Part shown: piece after piece, positions 47,301 to 56,200 of the stretch
Position numbering within the stretch: position 1 is the stretch's first letter
How the letters are laid out: the number at the start of each line of letters is the position of its first letter
Assembly (NCBI GenBank): GCA_002633005.1
Contig: NMRA01000187.1
Span: forward strand, 367,740 to 431,739
Length of the DNA: 64,000 bases
Source: Phoronis australis
Lineage: Eukaryota > Animalia > Phoronida
Direction: 5' to 3'
The notes under the pieces: generated by a model
What the model was told of the DNA's origin: nothing
Seen by the model: only the letters and a program-made list of their open reading frames with translations
The model's database searches: none
Made by a program: the position numbers and the translations under genes

Positions 47301-47757
47301 TCGGGTTAAGTACTTAAGTGATCGTTTATGTCATTCTCCCACGACATCTAAATTTGATTCTCTCATGAGAACTCCAGATAGCATACTTATTAAATTCGTC
47401 CATCACGCTCTCAAGCGTCATAATGTATTATCCAGTTTGAAACGTGGCACCTAACAATGTTCTTGTACATGATATACTTGGGGCCTACGGCCATGTGTAT
47501 ATGTCTCAATAAAATACTAATTCAATATTTCAAGCCTCAGCGACTAAGCAGTTAAGGGGCAACATTTCGATAGTCCAGGCCAGAAAGATTGCGAGGTTGC
47601 CGACACGATACGTACACTCGCTGATCACGTAACAAGCTAAGCTTGCTCTAATATCATTAAGGGTTGCGCGACGTCTCGTTGATCAAAAGTACACAGCGTC
47701 GGTAATGACAGTTAGTAAGCCCATACTCACCAATGACTCCTCACTGCAGGTTGACAT
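44319..47757 (-). CDS. Cytosolic sulfotransferase (SULT-like), ~309 aa; exons 47731-47757, 44319-45221
   Basis: 5'-PSB-like THVKTGTHW, catalytic His in RVFNTHL, 3'-PB RNPKDVLKS, and FFRKGVVGDWK. The frame is open from the acceptor at 45221. The upstream exon MSTCSEESL|GTGAGT is in phase 0. Confidence 0.92.
45930..47525 (+). mobile_element. 5'-truncated, defective non-LTR retrotransposon (LINE ORF2 reverse transcriptase, RTE-X-like) inside the SULT intron
   Basis: NYRGISLLS, QAGFRKG, FVDFSKAFD, GTRQGC.ISP, LLYADD and C-terminal ERGRH...EDEYHF..C. There is an in-frame TGA at 46642-46644 and an apparent internal deletion near 46930. AATAAA at ~47508. The clade assignment is inference. Confidence 0.92.
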
Positions 47758-48388
47758 TTTGAGGATGATTTGGGCCAGACGAGACGTTATGCGTTGAGTG
47801 CATGCGTGTTGAGTATAGCAAAATTACGGTTGGGGGTCTTTAAGCACCACTATGTGCGCGATTGACAGTTTAAGGTAACACCCACCTCGCACAGGATTGG
47901 CAGCTCATGTTAACGCCCATATATATATTTATTCAATAACTAGGCCTCCAGCCCTTGTTACAATCAAATCGCCCTTGTTACAATCAAATCATATGAGGGT
48001 AAATAAACAATGCTTAGGTAATATTAGCAACCACGTCTCTAAGTAAGTGACCATTTCATATACTATATGCCTCTACGAACCTATTCTCCAGAATTAACAA
48101 GGTTGAACTCGTGACCTGGGTTGGTTTTAGTAGCGCAACTTTCTCGTCAGAAAAGCGAGATCACACAAGTCCTCGTGATATAACGTCAAGCATTACTCGA
48201 GTTGCACAAGTCTTGTGTCTACACGACCAGCTCCGGCCGGTGTGTGGCAAAATCTTGACCAAGTTTGCGGTACTATTGTACCACATAAACGCCAAGAAAA
48301 CAACTTAACCATTCCATGTGAATGAATAATTACTTTAAGTTCCCGATCTAAGTATTGCTTTCAAGTTATTGACGCACTGGATATTAAA

Positions 48389-49720
48389 ACAAGAGCAACG
48401 CGGACCGTTGAAATGCGCCCACGAATGCATCGCAAACGGTGTGCTTTTAGGGCTGTTTATTGGTCATAAAAATGGCCACTAGGTGGCGCAAAATACCTCG
48501 ATTCCATCCAAACACGGGAGGATAGCGTCATCTCACCAACAGATGCCTGTATTCAAAATTTTATGAAAATCCGTTGAGGAGGTAAACGTAAAATATTGCC
48601 ACCAGGGGACACACCAGTAGTCAGATCCGTCCGAAAGTCGTTGTTTATTGTCAGCATCATATAAATACACTTGTTAAATTTAGTAAAGATCCTGCAAACG
48701 GTTTAAGAGATACAGCCATGGGCAAAAAAACGAAACTGCCACTAGGAGGCGCCACAGTAGCTGGTCATCGGAAAATCATCGTCAGTCCTCCACTTCATAG
48801 TAAAAAATACATGCTAATTTTCACAATTATCCTGAAAGCGATTTGGTTGATAGAGGGTTGGACGCCAAAAAACAGACTCGAAAACGGTAAAAATGGCCAC
48901 TAGGTAGTGCAAACTCAGTCAAATGAGTCAAATCCAACGGAAAGATAGTGTCACCACACTAACAGAAGCCTATACGACAAATTTTTGAAAATACACTGAG
49001 AGCCTTTGAAGATACAGAAGTTAACGTAAAAAAATAAAATTGCTACCAGGGGGCACACCAGAAGTCAAATCCGTCCGAATGTCGTCGTCGTCCTTTGTCA
49101 ACATCATATAAATGCACTAACTAAATTTAGTAAAGATCCTGCAGACGGTTTAGGAGATAAACGGAGCCATAGGCGCAAAAATACAAAATGCCACTAGGAG
49201 GTGCCACAGTCGTCGAATTCGTCGGAAAATCATCTTCAGCCGTCCTCTTCATACTAACAACATACGTGCCAATTTTCACAATCATCCCTAGAACAGTTTG
49301 TGTGATAGAGGGGTGGACGACTAAAAACATACTTGAAAACAGTAAAAATTGCCACTAGATGGCGCAAATTACGTCGAATCTATCCGAAAACGGGTGGATA
49401 GCGGCATCTCACTAATAGATGCCTACATGCCAAATTTTATGAAAATACACTGAAGACCTTTGAAGATATAGAGGTACGCGTAAAAAAACTAAACTTGCCA
49501 CTAGGGGGCAGAACTGTAGTCGAATCTGTCTGATAGTTCGCTCATGCCGTCCCATCTATGAAAGGAACACGTGTAAAATTTCATGAACATACGTCAAACG
49601 GTTTTGGAGTTAGAGCAGTGGACGCCGGACGGACGCTGGACGGCCGGACGCCGGACGGTCGCCGCCCGGACGGACATGGCGGCATAATGCGTCCACATAT
49701 AAATATGTGGGCGCATAAAA
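48389..49720. mobile_element. Helentron/HINE-like non-autonomous element with internal tandem repeats
   Basis: Starts ACAAGAG in an A-run. Asymmetric sub-terminal IR ATGCGCCCAC (48413-48422) / GTGGGCGCAT (49707-49716). Terminal hairpin at 49687-49716. GGACG microsatellite. ~145-bp subunits in a ~440-bp higher-order repeat. Confidence 0.75.
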
Positions 49721-50292
49721 ATTCGCCGAATGCTCCACAGCAGTCAGTGGTCAGACGCTGTGACCAGCAAACGCCTAAGGACCAATTGGTACTATCTTTA
49801 AAAAACTCCGCTTCTCTCCGTAGTCAGCCGTCATCTTTCCAAACACCCTCCTTCCCCACTAATGACGTAATGTATGAAGGGTCAATTGCATCGATAGCAA
49901 ATTTGTCAAAATATTAACACTAGAAATGTCTTGTGTTATTCGTGAACATAAATAAGAATATTCATCGATTGCAGTAGTGCGTTCAACCCTGAGCAACGAT
50001 GTAATTTTGCTCGATAGTTTCTCTTTACGGGAGATTAGACGACACGAAAAGGTTCAGGTGTCAGGCTATAGCCCAGAACAGCATCGTTATTATAGAATAA
50101 ACTGCGGAATTATTATGCCTTCATAAGTTCGTAAACTGTGAACATGAGTTCGCTACTAGTCAATAAAAATTCTTGAGATAAGGAATAACACGAAATTAAC
50201 AGTATACTTTTATAGCAAATAACGTCGTACGTAATAGGTTGTGAAGCTCAAATGCACCTTTACCTTTGAAACATTATTGAACAGTGAAACTT

Positions 50293-53200
50293 TCACGTGA
50301 ATAATTCAAATGATAACAGTAAAAATTCGAACAACGTAACCATCAGAATGGAATGCAGGCGCGTGACACCGGATTGCAAATGTTCGGATTCACGTTTTTT
50401 GGTTATTGGCTTGATGCTGGTTGTTGTACTGGAAACAGAAAAAGCAGCAGATCTTTTCACAGCAGCTGTTGTTAGAGAAACTGGTTGATTACCACTGAAA
50501 CGATAACATTTGTGCGCCTGTTTTCGCGGATCATGATAGCTGAAGACTTTCACGCACGCATTCTGCAGAGAGGCTACGATTCGCTTTCGCCGAAATGATA
50601 CCGAGAAGCATGATTGGAAGCCCATGGCAATGTCGACGTAATATAGCGCCACCTGACTGCGTCCAACGTCAATTTCCATCACGTTATATCTTTGCAGAGG
50701 GATGTCTGCATCCTGCGGTCTTAGTGAAAACCCAGTAATCGCCTCAACTAACACGACACCTACTCCCGTCTTCAATATATCCGTCGACCAGTGACATATG
50801 TGTAACGTGTACGCGTACTGAGACTGGTCTTTAACATCTACTGAAAGGTGAATAGATGAGTAACTTTCTATCAACTGATGGTACGAGCCAACAATTGAAA
50901 CAACAGCAAATCCACTCCCCGTAGCCGTCACTTTGACGACGTCTGTCTCCATAGGAGCTTTTATTTTCTGCACTTCAAATCGTTTGTCTTTGCTAACGAA
51001 TCTGTGAGAACCAACCAAATTGTCTTGCTGATAAAAACGAACAGAAACAACCAAATTAGAAGTGATACTTTTGACAGAAGAAGCAAGTTCAGACAATGCA
51101 TTCAAGACAACCGCCGTGTCTGGTGTTGAGAAGAAGCCACCTCGCCCATTACTGTGATGAATCAACCATTTAGCGATGTCAAAGGCGTCGGGACCATCCC
51201 TCAAGATGGTAGTAAGCAATGCGTAGGCAGTCGTTTCAATGTCAACGGCAGATGGCATTTCGTAGACGTCACCTGCGACCTTGGTCCAGTACTTCTCACC
51301 GTCCTGCACTTTGGCCACGGAGTCTAACTTTGCAAAAGCTGCATCTTTTAATTCATTATTCACTAGATGCAGTGCATACGTAACAATAGCAGTTGTGTAA
51401 ACATCGTATACTTCACGGAAATGACGACCTAAGTAACTAGAAGCGCGCACAATAGCGTTTGTCAGGTCAACAGTTGCATTCTTGTATTCTTGAAGAGCAA
51501 TCACGACAAAAGCAGTCAACGACATTTTACTTTCAGTATGTATCCCTTGCATACTCGGGTGCAATGTCCGTCCGGGCTCTCTGAACGCCCCATCAGCCTC
51601 TTGTTGACGAAGAATCCAAACTAAAGAGTTGCTCAACAAGTGTTGGTCAACAAAGATGAAGTCACTGGCCCATAGAAAGGACTTGGTAACAAATGCAGTC
51701 AACCAGAGACTTCCACTCTTGTCAGCATTTCCAAATAAGCTGAATGAATTGTCCTTCCTAAAGAAGACCATCCGTCTTTGATAGTCCATCTCCAAATTTC
51801 CGCGAATCTTGTCTTGAATGGAAGAGAGAATTTCTGGAAATACACTCAGATAGCGTAACACGAGCGTACTGGATACAAATGTGATCAGGTTTTGTTCTCC
51901 ATACTCCGTGAGCTGGGGTGTCAATTTTTCCAAGTGTTGAAGAGTTAGTGCAAGCAAGTCGCCAGAAAGATAAACTGATGTTAGGCCTGACTGAGTCGAA
52001 GCTTCAGTTGGTAGCTCTATGTCCTTTAATGTTTTTGACACTGGATTTCCGGTTCGCAAATCCACCAGCACAGAAGTCATGGAATGCTTAAGTAAGCCTG
52101 CTGAAACCACGACAACTACTTGTTTCAGACGGCGCAAACTTATTGCTGACCTGGCTTCGACACTCAGCGTAATATTTCCAAAAACTTTGGGAATGATCCA
52201 GACATCTACAAAGTTTGCACTTTTAGGTTCAACATTTGATGTTGCAATAAATTCTTTTGAAATTCCCATATCACTCACGTCAGTAGCTTCATCGTTTTTA
52301 ACAGAGAAATCTCTTGACTTCTGCAATATAATATTAATGGTCTGAACAGAGTCAATATAGTTCATGACTGAAATCGTCAACAAAAATTGCTCATGTCTTT
52401 TTACACTTAATGGGCACTTCATAAACACATCATGGGTTCTACGAAGAGCAATTTTCGTGGGTTGGAGAACAACTCCTAAACCCCCTGACTCACTCATGGC
52501 AAACCCAAACGCTCTCCATGTCGCAGACCGGTCAGGAACATCCGCGGAATGGCAGAATCTCCCACTTTCATCAGTTCGCCCGTGCAACCACAACCACGTT
52601 TCAGAAAACAGTCTCTCATTTCTCACTTTTTCCCTTTCCATCAATGCTTCATCGTTTCTTGTGATAGGCCATTCCGCTAGAATTTCCATTTTATTTATTT
52701 CTGACAATTTATACACAGCTAAATTCGACAGGACTCGTACGCCCGCTAGTTGAAACATTTCAAGAGATTCTATTCCCAGTAGCAACGGAGGTCTTTCATC
52801 AGTTTTATGTTGTAATTGGAATTGATAGTCAATGTTTACCGAACTGATGTCAGCCACGGCATTTGGGGCGAGTTGGTCGCCAACAGCCAGTCCAACAAAT
52901 GAATGAGGTTTTGCTGTAGCGCAAACAGTAACTTGCTGGTCATGATTTTCCAAAGAAACTGTCTCCCGGTCTTCTTTATTGGCAATCTGTATGTTCACCA
53001 AATTACTACGTAAGACCACACTTGGCAGCCTCATAGAGTGACGGCTTTCTGGAAAATGTATCTTTACCGCGTTGCTGAAACATTCTACTACAAAATGTAT
53101 ACTGTCGGCAATGATTTCTTGCTGAAATTCTGTGAAGACAAGCAACTTACAAGACGGAGAATGAATACTGGTCATGTTACGCCAAATTACGTACTTTCCA

Positions 53201-56200
53201 TCTTTTAGAAAGTCTTGAGAGTTTTCAACCATGATACCTCTGCAGACAAATACGTAAGAGAAGACTTTGTCGAGCTTTGAAGAAAGCGTGACATCAAACT
53301 CTGCACTTTCGCCGCATTTTAAATCATTTGACTTCAAAGAAACATGGATAAATTCCTTATTGAGACTACGAAATTCGTCAATATACTTCAGTTCCTTCAT
53401 ATCATCCAAGCGTGCTTCTATAGCAAGCAACCCTATCAAGTGTTTAGTGTCAAATGAGAACTTTATAATGCCATTTGCGTCAACGTTTTGAAAGCTAAAG
53501 TATGCAATGGTACGAAAAAAGGAACTAGTTTCAGAGCGAATGGTTATCTGCAATCCATTCCATTCCTTATTGACAAGAGATTCATGAGCCATTTCAACAT
53601 GCAGGGATCCATAATATGTTGTATTTGGCATGTAGGCGCTCGGAGAAGAGTCAGTAAAACGAAAACGAACTTCACGCGTGTAAAGAGTGACAACTGATTC
53701 CGTCAATTCTGTAAAATCGGTTCCTATTTCACGCACTTTTACTTTAAAAACTAGCCTTGTGTTGTCAAGTATTCTTTTCCCACCAGCCCAAGTGACAAAG
53801 TCTTTATCTAAGATGGACAATTCATAATTAAACTTAAACGTATCGGAGGTATTCACAATTGGACTCAGAAACCTCAATTGCTCACTTTCAAAAGAAACAA
53901 TGATCGATATCTCGCCCTCCACGTGTTTTGCAAAATCACGGTGCGCTGAAACCGCAACAAGCAAACTGCTGCTTCCAATAAAGTGGTGAGATGGAGCAGA
54001 CAGCTTGATATGGAATACTGGTTCTACGTAATTTAAAACTGAAAAGAACTCTTTTCCATACGAACTGTCGCACACAGACGTTTTTATCATCCATTTACCT
54101 GTAACAGGTATATCCGCTAGGTGAAATTCACCAAAGAACACACCGACCGTAAATATTCTGTTAGCCAATTGTTTCATCGTGTAGCCGTTAGGTTCGATTA
54201 GTGAAACATTTAACTTACAAGACGATGAACATGGCTCCAGTGTTTCCGAATCCAGTCGGATGCACATTACTCTGTACTTTACAATTTCGGATTGTTTGTA
54301 CAACTCTTTGTCCGTCTTTATGAGCAACATGGAACGATTTCGTCGTATTTTTATCAAAGAGGAATTTGACAAACGGAACCTAATTGCTGAATTTTCTAAA
54401 GTAAATTTGACTGTTCCTTCTGCCTGGGGCTTGTCACCTGGTATGAACAAGTTAAACGTGGCCACGGTATGCATTTTTGTCATTACAGACGACGCAGTGG
54501 AAAGTGGATACAAGAATTTGGTATCTTGTAAACTGTATAATGAAACATTACACACAGAATCTGAGTCTATGGTCTTTAAAAGATGCAAGGCGATGACGCA
54601 TTCTGAGTTTGTGTAGCACACGTTTGGAACCAAAAATACATGGGGGACAACTGGGAGTTTCGAAGTTTGTTCTGTCACCGCTATGTCGTCTTGGGTTATG
54701 CGTGGATGGTCTTCTACCATACGAGGCCTTCTCACAGCTGGGAAGTAGAAAACGACGGCATGCTGACCTGGTCTTTGGGAATTGAATGCCTTCACCACAG
54801 CTCTTTGATGTCCCCGCACAATGGCTGATCGTTTGAATAAAATGCTCATACATGTCGGCTTACTTTCAATAATATTATCATGATACACTGTCGCTCGATT
54901 GCTTGCGACATCCACGTGTTTAATGTCGTCAACTGGTTTTAGTTCTATAGAGCTTCGATCTGGTTTGAAGCCAGATAGTCCATATATCTCTGTTACGCTC
55001 ATTCCAGTAATAGGAACAGCTGCAGACCACTGACATATCTGCAACGAGTACTGATATTCGGAATGGTTTTCAACGTGTACTGTCATGCGAAAAAAAGTCT
55101 GTTTGTCCTCTGCTTTGTAATTTTTCGACACAATTGATAAAGCTGCAGTCCCGTATCCTAAGCCAGCTATTTCAATGTTGTTTGTTTCCAATGGCAATTT
55201 AAAAAAATAAGTCTTCATGCTGTCGGTAAATACAAACTGATAATCACCAATCACAGTATTGTGATTGCGGCAACGAAGCTTGATGTCCATGTTGATAGAC
55301 CTGTCTATCAACATGGTCGATGATTGAGACAGTGCTTGGAGAATGACGGCGACAGCGTGGGTAGGTAACATGCTACCTTCTGCTTTCATTTGAATACTTA
55401 GCCAATTCCAGATACGAACTGCTTCCTTGTGATCTTGTCTAATGACTGATACTAGTAGTCCATATGCCGTGGTCTCTATTTCTTTGGCCGATACAGGAGC
55501 ATTGATATCGCCTGTAGACCAGTACATTTTGTTACCTTCTATTATCGCCATAGCTGTAAGTATATCATGTGCCAAGTCCATCACTGTGCTATTGGCTACG
55601 TGAAGCGCGTAGGTCGCTAATGAGATTGCATGAACGTCGTTTAGATCGTCTATTTGGTGATAAAGATAGTCAGTACACAGCTTTATGGCTTCCGCAATAC
55701 CATCTGAACCAATGTCCAAATTTTCTACTAAGGCTATCAACACATGCGCGCTGATGGCAACTCTGTCACTTTGTGCGATGATTTGAATTTCGGGATACGA
55801 AACATTTCCCGGCTCGTGGAAGAAACCATCGCTATTTTGATGCATTAAAATCCATTTTGTCGCTTTTATTAATACGTCTTCGTCGACAAATATGAATGAA
55901 CGAGCTTGGTGAAGCACCTTAGCTGTCAATGATGTTAGCCATAGATTTCCACCTCCCGTCTCCTTAAGAAGTGCACCGAAAGAGCCGTCTGGATGTCTGA
56001 CAGCAAGTTGCTGCTGATACGTAAGGGTCATCTTTCTTAAAATTGTTTTCCTTAAATCGGGACTAGTCGTTGATGATTCGTCCAGATATTTAAGTAACAA
56101 TGTGTCTGAAAAGAGTGAAATTGCATTGCGCTCTCCGAATACACGGTTAAAAGCCAATACTGTCTCCAGTGAATTTGCAACAGCGACCACGACGTCAGAG

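Noticed and set aside
48389-49720. Regularly spaced repeats considered as a CRISPR-like array
   Set aside because: Eukaryotic context, the inter-motif sequences are themselves homologous (tandem subunits), and there are no cas genes.
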